Source: Perkinsela sp. CCAP 1560/9 (lineage: Eukaryota; Protista; Euglenozoa: Kinetoplastea). From it: DNA of 64,000 bases. A model generated the notes under the pieces. It was not told where the DNA came from and did not search any database. It saw only the letters and a list, made by a program, of their open reading frames with translations. The position numbers were made by a program, and so were the translations under genes. Of this stretch, positions 21,297 to 33,200 are shown piece by piece. Every line of letters begins with the position of its first letter. Positions within the stretch are counted from its first letter, which is position 1. The stretch is from the NCBI GenBank assembly GCA_965644495.1, contig CBFFSA010000006.1, positions 124,001 through 188,000 on the forward strand, written 5' to 3'.

Positions 21297-24200
21297 ATGT
21301 CTGGAAAACTATTTGTACGGCGGCCAGCGTATATGTATATTTATGTCACCGTGCTTTATACATGTTTGCTTTGGTATCAGAACAGTCAAATTCAGAAGCA
21401 GCACGAGCGATTTAGTGAACTAGTACACTGGTCTGGTTCAGTTTCACACCCGGGAGTCCATTCTAATCAAAATTGCGGAAGCAATCATACATGTATAGCG
21501 GGAATTGGTGCTTTATATGGCTTTTCAAGCGATGTGTCACCCAGCATAAATAATGAAGCATGTAATTTGAATACTCATCTGAGAAATGCCCCCAAAAATG
21601 AACGATATCCAACTACACCACTGTATCAAACCGTTAAAAACAGCAGCCTCCAAACGTTAGATAATACACGGAGTAATAGAGAGTGTTCCAACTCAGAGTT
21701 ACTTTGGACACAAGGAAGCTTTATCAGAGATGGGGATGATTCTCTCGTACATTCACAGGAACATGTGCCAAAATCTATTGGTAGACAGTCGTTGCACTAT
21801 TCCATAATTAGGAATGAATTCAATACGTTGTACATAAATAGAGACTCCACACTTGTAATACCAGCATCACAAGTCTCCTCCAAAGAAAGCTCTATCCCTC
21901 CAAGCGCTCTACTCCTAGCGTTGTTTTGCGTACTCTTGTTCTATATCCAGGCCTATGATCAATCAAACACAATTTTCAATTTCCCCATGAAAGGAATTAA
22001 CCATGTACTACAAGAAAGAAAATTAAAAATAACTGAACATGACGACACGCTTAAGCAACAGGACGAAAAAATACTAGACCTCCATCTACAGAATCGAACT
22101 CACAGACAACATAAATTGACTCAGACATTGTACAACATTAAAATCATAGGACAACTTAGGAGCTGCATGGAACAACAAAAGATCCTTTACTTAGCTCTCA
22201 GTCGTTCACAACAATCACATAACGATCGAATCGAAATCCTTAATCAAGAGGCAAAAACATTACAAACTCGAATATCACAGACACGTCACCACATCCAAAC
22301 TAAAACTGCAACACAGCTTGCAAACTTTAAACAACACTTTGAGCAAATCTCTACGGAACGCACTCAAAAAAATGAATCTAGCCAAAACAAGGTCGGTGAT
22401 ATACAGGATCAATTAAATGAGACTAAAAAAACCTTGTCCGCTCACGTTTCTTTGTGCGGTGACACCCTAGATAAGCACTGTTCACAGATACAAAGCGTGG
22501 AGAATCGCATTGAACCTCTTGTAGCCTCGTGTGTCGAGGAAATCCTGCCTCAACACGAGCGTATTGTCGAACTTGGGCGTCGCAGTGATAATCATGCCGA
22601 GTCTCTCCAATCCTTGGCGAGTTCTGTACAAGCCATTGATCACCACATCACGGAGACCGATTCTAAGCTTGGCTCTGTTCATGACAACATTGCAGCCCTG
22701 CAGGGTCAGCTAAACACAGCTGAAAATAGCTTATCCGCTCACGTTTCTTTGTGTGGTGACACCCTAGATAAGCACTGTTCACAAATACAAAGCGTGGAGA
22801 ATCGCATTGAACCTCTTGTTGCCTCGTGTGTCGAGGAAATCCTGCCGCAACACGAGCGTATTGTCGAGCTTGGGCGTCGCAGTGATAATCATGCCGAGTC
22901 TCTCCAATCCATGGCAAGTTCTGTACAAGCCATTGATCACCACATCACGGAGACCGATTCGAAGCTTGGTTCTGTTCTTGACAACATTGCAGCCCTGCAG
23001 GGTCAGCTAAACACAGCTGAAAATAGCTTATCCGCTCACGTTTCTTTGTGTGGTGACACCCTAGATAAGCACTGTTCACAAATACAAAGCGTGGAGAATC
23101 GCATTGAACCTCTTGTTGCCTCGTGTGTCGAGGAAATCCTGCCGCAACACGAGCGTATTGTCGAACTTGGGCGTCGCAGTGATAATCATGCCGAGTCTCT
23201 CCAATCCTTGGCGAGTTCTGTACAAGCCATTGATCACCACATCACGGAGACCGATTCTAAGCTTGGCTCTGTTCATGACAACATTGCAGCCCTGCAGGGT
23301 CAGCTAAACACAGCTGAAAATAGCTTATCCGCTCACGTTTCTTTGTGTGGTGACACCCTAGATAAGCACTGTTCACAAATACAAAGCGTGGAGAATCGCA
23401 TTGAACCTCTTGTTGCCTCGTGTGTCGAGGAAATCCTGCCGCAACACGAGCGTATTGTCGAACTTAGGCGTCGCAGTGATAATCATGCCGAGTCTCTCCA
23501 ATCCTTGGCGAGTTCTGTACAAGCCATTGATCACCACATCACGGAGACCGATTCGAAGCTTGGCTCTGTTCATGACAACATTGCAGCCCTGCAGGGTCAG
23601 CTAAACACAGCTGAAAATAGCTTATCCGCTCACGTTTCTTTGTGTGGTGACACCCTAGATAAGCACTGTTCACAAATACAAAGCGTGGAGAATCGCATTG
23701 AACCTCTTGTTGCCTCGTGTGTCGAGGAAATCCTGCCGCAACACGAGCGTATTGTCGAACTTGGGCGTCGCTGTGATAATCATGCCGAGTCTCTCCAATC
23801 CTTGGCGAGTTCTGTACAAGCCATTGATCACCACATCACGGAGACCGATTCGAAGCTTGGCTCTGTTCATGACAACATTGCAGCCCTGCAGGGTCAGCTA
23901 AACACAGCTGAAAATAGCTTATCCGCTCACGTTTCTTTGTGTGGTGACACCCTAGATAAGCACTGTTCACAAATACAAAGCGTGGAGAATCGCATTGAAC
24001 CTCTTGTTGCCTCGTGTGTCGAGGAAATCCTGCCGCAACACGAGCGTATTGTCGAGCTTGGGCGTCGCAGTGATAATCATGCCGAGTCTCTCCAATCCAT
24101 GGCAAGTTCTGTACAAGCCATTGATCACCACATCACGGAGACCGATTCGAAGCTTGGTTCTGTTCTTGACAACATTGCAGCCCTGCAGGGTCAGCAAAAC

Positions 24201-27200
24201 ACAGCTGAAAATAGCTTATTCGCTCACGTTTCTTTGTGCGGTGACACCCTAGATAAGCACTGTTCACAAATACAAAGCGTGGAGAATCGCATTGAACCTC
24301 TTGTTGCCTCGTGTGTCGAGGAAATCCTGCCGCAACACGAGCGTATTGTCGAACTTGGGCGTCGCTGTGATAATCATGCCGAGTCTCTCCAATCCTTGGC
24401 GAGTTCTGTACAAGCCATTGATCACCACATCACGGAGACCGATTCGAAGCTTGGCTCTGTTCATGACAACATTGCAGCCCTGCAGGGTCAGCTAAACACA
24501 GCTGAAAATAGCTTATCCGCTCACGTTTCTTTGTGTGGTGACACCCTAGATAAGCACTGTTCACAAATACAAAGCGTGGAGAATCGCATTGAACCTCTTG
24601 TTGCCTCGTGTGTCGAGGAAATCCTGCCGCAACACGAGCGTATTGTCGAGCTTGGGCGTCGCAGTGATAATCATGCCGAGTCTTTCCACACCTTGGCGAG
24701 TTCTGTACAAGCCATTGATCACCACATCACGGAGACCGATTCGAAGCTTGGCTCTGTTCATGACAACATTGCAGCCCTGCAGGGTCAGCTAAACACAGCT
24801 GAAAATAGCTTATTCGCTCACGTTTCTTTGTGCGGTGACACCCTAGATAAGCACTGTTCACAAATACAAAGCGTGGAGAATCGCATTGAACCTCTTGTTG
24901 CCTCGTGTGTCGAGGAAATCCTGCCGCAACACGAGCGTATTGTCGAGCTTGGGCGTCGCAGTGATAATCATGCCGAGTCTCTCCAATCCTTGGCGAGTTC
25001 TGTACAAGCCATTGATCACCACATCACGGAGACCGATTCGAAGCTTGGTTCTGTTCTTGACAACATTGCAGCCCTGCAGGGTCAGCTAAACACAGCTGAA
25101 AATAGCTTATCCGCTCACGTTTCTTTGTGTGGTGACACCCTAGATAAGCACTGTTCACAAATACAAAGCGTGGAGAATCGCATTGAACCTCTTGTTGCCT
25201 CGTGTGTCGAGGAAATCCTGCCGCAACACGAGCGTATTGTCGAACTTGGGCGTCGCTGTGATAATCATGCCGAGTCTCTCCAATCCTTGGCGAGTTCTGT
25301 ACAAGCCATTGATCACCACATCACGGAGACCGATTCGAAGCTTGGCTCTGTTCATGACAACATTGCAGCCCTGCAGGGTCAGCTAAACACAGCTGAAAAT
25401 AGCTTATCCGCTCACGTTTCTTTGTGTGGTGACACCCTAGATAAGCACTGTTCACAAATACAAAGCGTGGAGAATCGCATTGAACCTCTTGTTGCCTCGT
25501 GTGTCGAGGAAATCCTGCCGCAACACGAGCGTATTGTCGAACTTGGGCGTCGCTGTGATAATCATGCCGAGTCTCTCCAATCCTTGGCGAGTTCTGTACA
25601 AGCCATTGATCACCACATCACGGAGACCGATTCGAAGCTTGGCTCTGTTCATGACAACATTGCAGCCCTGCAGGGTCAGCTAAACACAGCTGAAAATAGC
25701 TTATCCGCTCACGTTTCTTTGTGTGGTGACACCCTAGATAAGCACTGTTCACAAATACAAAGCGTGGAGAATCGCATTGAACCTCTTGTTGCCTCGTGTG
25801 TCGAGGAAATCCTGCCGCAACACGAGCGTATTGTCGAACTTAGGCGTCGCAGTGATAATCATGCCGAGTCTCTCCAATCCTTGGCGAGTTCTGTACAAGC
25901 CATTGATCACCACATCACGGAGACCGATTCGAAGCTTGGCTCTGTTCATGACAACATTGCAGCCCTGCAGGGTCAGCTAAACACAGCTGAAAATAGCTTA
26001 TTCGCTCACGTTTCTTTGTGCGGTGACACCCTAGATAAGCACTGTTCACAAATACAAAGCGTGGAGAATCGCATTGAACCTCTTGTTGCCTCGTGTGTCG
26101 AGGAAATCCTGCCGCAACACGAGCGTATTGTCGAGCTTGGGCGTCGCTGTGATAATCATGCCGAGTCTTTCCACACCTTGGCGAGTTCTGTACAAGCCAT
26201 TGATCACCACATCACGGAGACCGATTCGAAGCTTGGCTCTGTTCATGACAACATTGCAGCCCTGCAGGGTCAGCTAAACACAGCTGAAAATAGCTTATCC
26301 GCTCACGTTTCTTTGTGTGGTGACACCCTAGATAAGCACTGTTCACAAATACAAAGCGTGGAGAATCGCATTGAACCTCTTGTTGCCTCGTGTGTCGAGG
26401 AAATCCTGCCGCAACACGAGCGTATTGTCGAGCTTGGGCGTCGCAGTGATAATCATGCCGAGTCTCTCCAATCCATGGCAAGTTCTGTACAAGCCATTGA
26501 TCACCACATCACGGAGACCGATTCGAAGCTTGGTTCTGTTCTTGACAACATTGCAGCCCTGCAGGGTCAGCTAAACACAGCTGAAAATAGCTTATCCGCT
26601 CACGTTTCTTTGTGTGGTGACACCCTAGATAAGCACTGTTCACAAATACAAAGCGTGGAGAATCGCATTGAACCTCTTGTTGCCTCGTGTGTCGAGGAAA
26701 TCCTGCCGCAACACGAGCGTATTGTCGAGCTTGGGCGTCGCAGTGATAATCATGCCGAGTCTCTCCAATCCATGGCAAGTTCTGTACAAGCCATTGATCA
26801 CCACATCACGGAGACCGATTCGAAGCTTGGTTCTGTTCTTGACAACATTGCAGCCCTGCAGGGTCAGCAAAACACAGCTGAAAATAGCTTATTCGCTCAC
26901 GTTTCTTTGTGTGGTGACACCCTAGATAAGCACTGCTCACAAATACAAAGCGTGGAGAATCGCATTGAACCTCTTGTTGCCTCGTGTGTCGAGGAAATCC
27001 TGCCGCAACACGAGCGTATTGTCGAGCTTGGGCGTCGCAGTGATAATCATGCCGAGTCTCTCCAATCCTTGGCGAGTTCTGTACAAGCCATTGATCACCA
27101 CATCACGGAGACCGATTCGAAGCTTGGCTCTGTTCATGACAACATTGCAGCCCTGCAGGGTCAGCTAAATGCAGCTGAAAATAGCTTATCCGCTCACGTT

Positions 27201-30200
27201 TCTTTGTGTGGTGACACCCTAGATAAGCACTGTTCACAAATACAAAGCGTGGAGAATCGCATTGAACCTCTTGTTGCCTCGTGTGTCGAGGAAATCCTGC
27301 CGCGACACGAGCGTATTGTCGAGCTTGGGCGTCGCAGTGATAATCATGCCGAGTCTCTCCACTCCTTGGCGAGTTCTGTACAAGCCATTGATCACCACAT
27401 CACGGAGACCGATTCGAAGCTTGGCTCTGTTCATGACAACATTGCAGCCCTGCAGGGTCAGCTAAACACAGCTGAAAATAGCTTTTCCACTCACGTTTCT
27501 TTGTGCGGTGACACCCTAGATAAGCACTGTTCACAAATACAAAGCGTGGAGAATCGCATTGAACCTCTTTTTGCCTCGTGTGTCGAGGAAATCCTGCCGC
27601 AACACGAGCGTATTGTCGAACTTGGGCGTCGCAGTGATAATCATGCCGAGTCTCTCCAATCCTTGGCGAGTTCTGTACAAGCCATTGATCACCACATCAC
27701 GGAGACCGATTCGAAGCTTGGTTCTGTTCTTGACAACATTGCAGCCCTGCAGGGTCAGCTAAACACAGCTGAAAATAGCTTATCCGCTCACGTTTCTTTG
27801 TGTGGTGACACCCTAGATAAGCACTGTTCACAAATACAAAGCGTGGAGAATCGCATTGAACCTCTTGTTGCCTCGTGTGTCGAGGAAATCCTGCCGCAAC
27901 ACGAGCGTATTGTCGAACTTAGGCGTCGCAGTGATAATCATGCCGAGTCTCTCCAATCCTTGGCGAGTTCTGTACAAGCCATTGATCACCACATCACGGA
28001 GACCGATTCGAAGCTTGGTTCTGTTCTTGACAACATTGCAGCCCTGCAGGGTCAGCAAAACACAGCTGAAAATAGCTTATCCGCTCACGTTTCTTTGTGT
28101 GGTGACACCCTAGATAAGCACTGTTCACAAATACAAAGCGTGGAGAATCGCATTGAACCTCTTTTTGCCTCGTGTGTCGAGGAAATCCTGCCGCAACACG
28201 AGCGTATTGTCGAACTTGGGCGTCGCAGTGATAATCATGCCGAGTCTCTCCAATCCTTGGCGAGTTCTGTACAAGCCATTGATCACCACATCACGGAGAC
28301 CGATTCGAAGCTTGGTTCTGTTCTTGACAACATTGCAGCCCTGCAGGGTCAGCTAAACACAGCTGAAAATAGCTTATCCGCTCACGTTTCTTTGTGTGGT
28401 GACACCCTAGATAAGCACTGTTCACAAATACAAAGCGTGGAGAATCGCATTGAACCTCTTGTTGCCTCGTGTGTCGAGGAAATCCTGCCGCAACACGAGC
28501 GTATTGTCGAACTTAGGCGTCGCAGTGATAATCATGCCGAGTCTCTCCAATCCTTGGCGAGTTCTGTACAAGCCATTGATCACCACATCACGGAGACCGA
28601 TTCGAAGCTTGGTTCTGTTCTTGACAACATTGCAGCCCTGCAGGGTCAGCAAAACACAGCTGAAAATAGCTTATCCGCTCACGTTTCTTTGTGTGGTGAC
28701 ACCCTAGATAAGCACTGTTCACAAATACAAAGCGTGGAGAATCGCATTGAACCTCTTGTTGCCTCGTGTGTCGAGGAAATCCTGCCGCAACACGAGCGTA
28801 TTGTCGAACTTAGGCGTCGCAGTGATAATCATGCCGAGTCTCTCCAATCCTTGGCGAGTTCTGTACAAGCCATTGATCACCACATCACGGAGACCGATTC
28901 GAAGCTTGGCTCTGTTCATGACAACATTGCAGCCCTGCAGGGTCAGCTAAACACAGCTGAAAATAGCTTATTCGCTCACGTTTCTTTGTGCGGTGACACC
29001 CTAGATAAGCACTGTTCACAAATACAAAGCGTGGAGAATCGCATTGAACCTCTTGTTGCCTCGTGTGTCGAGGAAATCCTGCCGCAACACGAGCGTATTG
29101 TCGAGCTTGGGCGTCGCTGTGATAATCATGCCGAGTCTTTCCACACCTTGGCGAGTTCTGTACAAGCCATTGATCACCACATCACGGAGACCGATTCGAA
29201 GCTTGGCTCTGTTCATGACAACATTGCAGCCCTGCAGGGTCAGTTAAATGCAGCTGAAAATAGCCTATCCGCTCACGTTTCTTTGTGTGGTGACACCCTA
29301 GATAAGCACTGTTCACAAATACAAAGCGTGGAGAATCGCATTGAACCTCTTGTTGCCTCGTGGGTCGAGGAAATCCTGCCGCAACACGAGCGTATTGTCG
29401 AGCTTGGGCGTCGCTGTGATAATCATGCCGAGTCTCTCCAATCCTTGGCGAGTTCTGTACAAGCCATTGATCACCACATCACGGAGACCGATTCGAAGCT
29501 TGGTTCTGTTCTTGACAACATTGCAGCCCTGCAGGGTCAGCTAAACACAGCTGAAAATAGCTTATCCGCTCACGTTTCTTTGTGTGGTGACACCCTAGAT
29601 AAGCACTGTTCACAAATACAAAGCGTGGAGAATCGCATTGAACCTCTTGTTGCCTCGTGTGTCGAGGAAATCCTGCCGCAACACGAGCGTATTGTCGAAC
29701 TTGGGCGTCGCTGTGATAATCATGCCGAGTCTCTCCAATCCTTGGCGAGTTCTGTACAAGCCATTGATCACCACATCACGGAGACCGATTCGAAGCTTGG
29801 CTCTGTTCATGACAACATTGCAGCCCTGCAGGGTCAGCTAAACACAGCTGAAAATAGCTTATCCGCTCACGTTTCTTTGTGTGGTGACACCCTAGATAAG
29901 CACTGTTCACAAATACAAAGCGTGGAGAATCGCATTGAACCTCTTGTTGCCTCGTGTGTCGAGGAAATCCTGCCGCAACACGAGCGTATTGTCGAACTTA
30001 GGCGTCGCAGTGATAATCATGCCGAGTCTCTCCAATCCTTGGCGAGTTCTGTACAAGCCATTGATCACCACATCACGGAGACCGATTCGAAGCTTGGCTC
30101 TGTTCATGACAACATTGCAGCCCTGCAGGGTCAGCTAAACACAGCTGAAAATAGCTTATCCGCTCACGTTTCTTTGTGTGGTGACACCCTAGATAAGCAC

Positions 30201-33200
30201 TGTTCACAAATACAAAGCGTGGAGAATCGCATTGAACCTCTTGTTGCCTCGTGTGTCGAGGAAATCCTGCCGCAACACGAGCGTATTGTCGAACTTAGGC
30301 GTCGCAGTGATAATCATGCCGAGTCTCTCCAATCCTTGGCGAGTTCTGTACAAGCCATTGATCACCACATCACGGAGACCGATTCGAAGCTTGGCTCTGT
30401 TCATGACAACATTGCAGCCCTGCAGGGTCAGCTAAACACAGCTGAAAATAGCTTATTCGCTCACGTTTCTTTGTGCGGTGACACCCTAGATAAGCACTGT
30501 TCACAAATACAAAGCGTGGAGAATCGCATTGAACCTCTTGTTGCCTCGTGTGTCGAGGAAATCCTGCCGCGACACGAGCGTATTGTCGAGCTTGGGCGTC
30601 GCAGTGATAATCATGCCGAGTCTCTCCACTCCTTGGCGAGTTCTGTACAAGCCATTGATCACCACATCACGGAGACCGATTCGAAGCTTGGCTCTGTTCA
30701 TGACAACATTGCAGCCCTGCAGGGTCAGCTAAACACAGCTGAAAATAGCTTTTCCACTCACGTTTCTTTGTGCGGTGACACCCTAGATAAGCACTGTTCA
30801 CAAATACAAAGCGTGGAGAATCGCATTGAACCTCTTTTTGCCTCGTGTGTCGAGGAAATCCTGCCGCAACACGAGCGTATTGTCGAACTTGGGCGTCGCA
30901 GTGATAATCATGCCGAGTCTCTCCAATCCTTGGCGAGTTCTGTACAAGCCATTGATCACCACATCACGGAGACCGATTCGAAGCTTGGCTCTGTTCATGA
31001 CAACATTGCAGCCCTGCAGGGTCAGCTAAACACAGCTGAAAATAGCTTATCCGCTCACGTTTCTTTGTGTGGTGACACCCTAGATAAGCACTGTTCACAA
31101 ATACAAAGCGTGGAGAATCGCATTGAACCTCTTGTTGCCTCGTGTGTCGAGGAAATCCTGCCGCAACACGAGCGTATTGTCGAACTTGGGCGTCGCAGTG
31201 ATAATCATGCCGAGTCTCTCCAATCCTTGGCGAGTTCTGTACAAGCCATTGATCACCACATCACGGAGACCGATTCGAAGCTTGGCTCTGTTCATGACAA
31301 CATTGCAGCCCTGCAGGGTCAGCTAAACACAGCTGAAAATAGCTTATCCGCTCACGTTTCTTTGTGTGGTGACACCCTAGATAAGCACTGTTCACAAATA
31401 CAATGCGTGGAGAATCGCATTGAACCTCTTGTTGCCTCGTGTGTCGAGGAAATCCTGCCGCAACACGAGCGTATTGTCGAGCTTGGGCGTCGCTGTGATA
31501 ATCATGCCGAGTCTCTCCAATCCTTGGCGAGTTCTGTACAAGCCATTGATCACCACATCACGGAGACCGATTCGAAGCTTGGTTCTGTTCTTGACAACAT
31601 TGCAGCCCTGCAGGGTCAGCAAAACACAGCTGAAAATAGCTTATCCGCTCACGTTTCTTTGTGTGGTGACACCCTAGATAAGCACTGCTCACAAATACAA
31701 AGCGTGGAGAATCGCATTGAACCTCTTGTTGCCTCGTGTGTCGAGGAAATCCTGCCGCAACACGAGCGTATTGTCGAGCTTGGGCGTCGCAGTCATAATC
31801 ATGCAGAGTCTCTCCAATCCTTGGCGAGTTCTGCACAAGCCATGGATCACCACATTACGGAGACCGATTCGAAGCTTGGCTCTGTTCATGACAACATTGC
31901 AGCCCTGCAGGGTCAGTTAAATGCAGCTGAAAATAGCCTATCCGCTCACGTTTCTTTGTGTGGTGACACCCTAGATAAGCACTGTTCACAAATACAAAGC
32001 GTGGAGAATCGCATTGAACCTCTTGTTGCCTCGTGGGTCGAGGAAATCCTGCCGCAACACGAGCGTATTGTCGAGCTTGGGCGTCGCAGTGATAATCATG
32101 CCGAGTCTCTCCAATCCTTGGCGAGTTCTGTACAAGCCATTGATCACCACATCACGGAGACCGATTCGAAGCTTGGCTCTGTTCATGACAACATTGCAGC
32201 CCTGCAGGGTCAGCTAAACACAGCTGAAAATAGCTTATCCGCTCACGTTTCTTTGTGTGGTGACACCCTAGATAAGCACTGTTCACAAATACAAAGCGTG
32301 GAGAATCGCATTGAACCTCTTGTTGCCTCGTGTGTCGAGGAAATCCTGCCGCAACACGAGCGTATTGTCGAACTTGGGCGTCGCAGTGATAATCATGCCG
32401 AGTCTCTCCAATCCTTGGCGAGTTCTGTACAAGCCATTGATCACCACATCACGGAGACCGATTCGAAGCTTGGCTCTGTTCATGACAACATTGCAGCCCT
32501 GCAGGGTCAGCTAAACACAGCTGAAAATAGCTTATCCGCTCACGTTTCTTTGTGTGGTGACACCCTAGATAAGCACTGTTCACAAATACAATGCGTGGAG
32601 AATCGCATTGAACCTCTTGTTGCCTCGTGTGTCGAGGAAATCCTGCCGCAACACGAGCGTATTGTCGAGCTTGGGCGTCGCTGTGATAATCATGCCGAGT
32701 CTCTCCAATCCTTGGCGAGTTCTGTACAAGCCATTGATCACCACATCACGGAGACCGATTCGAAGCTTGGTTCTGTTCTTGACAACATTGCAGCCCTGCA
32801 GGGTCAGCAAAACACAGCTGAAAATAGCTTATCCGCTCACGTTTCTTTGTGTGGTGACACCCTAGATAAGCACTGCTCACAAATACAAAGCGTGGAGAAT
32901 CGCATTGAACCTCTTGTTGCCTCGTGTGTCGAGGAAATCCTGCCGCAACACGAGCGTATTGTCGAGCTTGGGCGTCGCAGTCATAATCATGCAGAGTCTC
33001 TCCAATCCTTGGCGAGTTCTGCACAAGCCATGGATCACCACATTACGGAGACCGATTCGAAGCTTGGCTCTGTTCATGACAACATTGCAGCCCTGCAGGG
33101 TCAGTTAAATGCAGCTGAAAATAGCCTATCCGCTCACGTTTCTTTGTGTGGTGACACCCTAGATAAGCACTGTTCACAAATACAAAGCGTGGAGAATCGC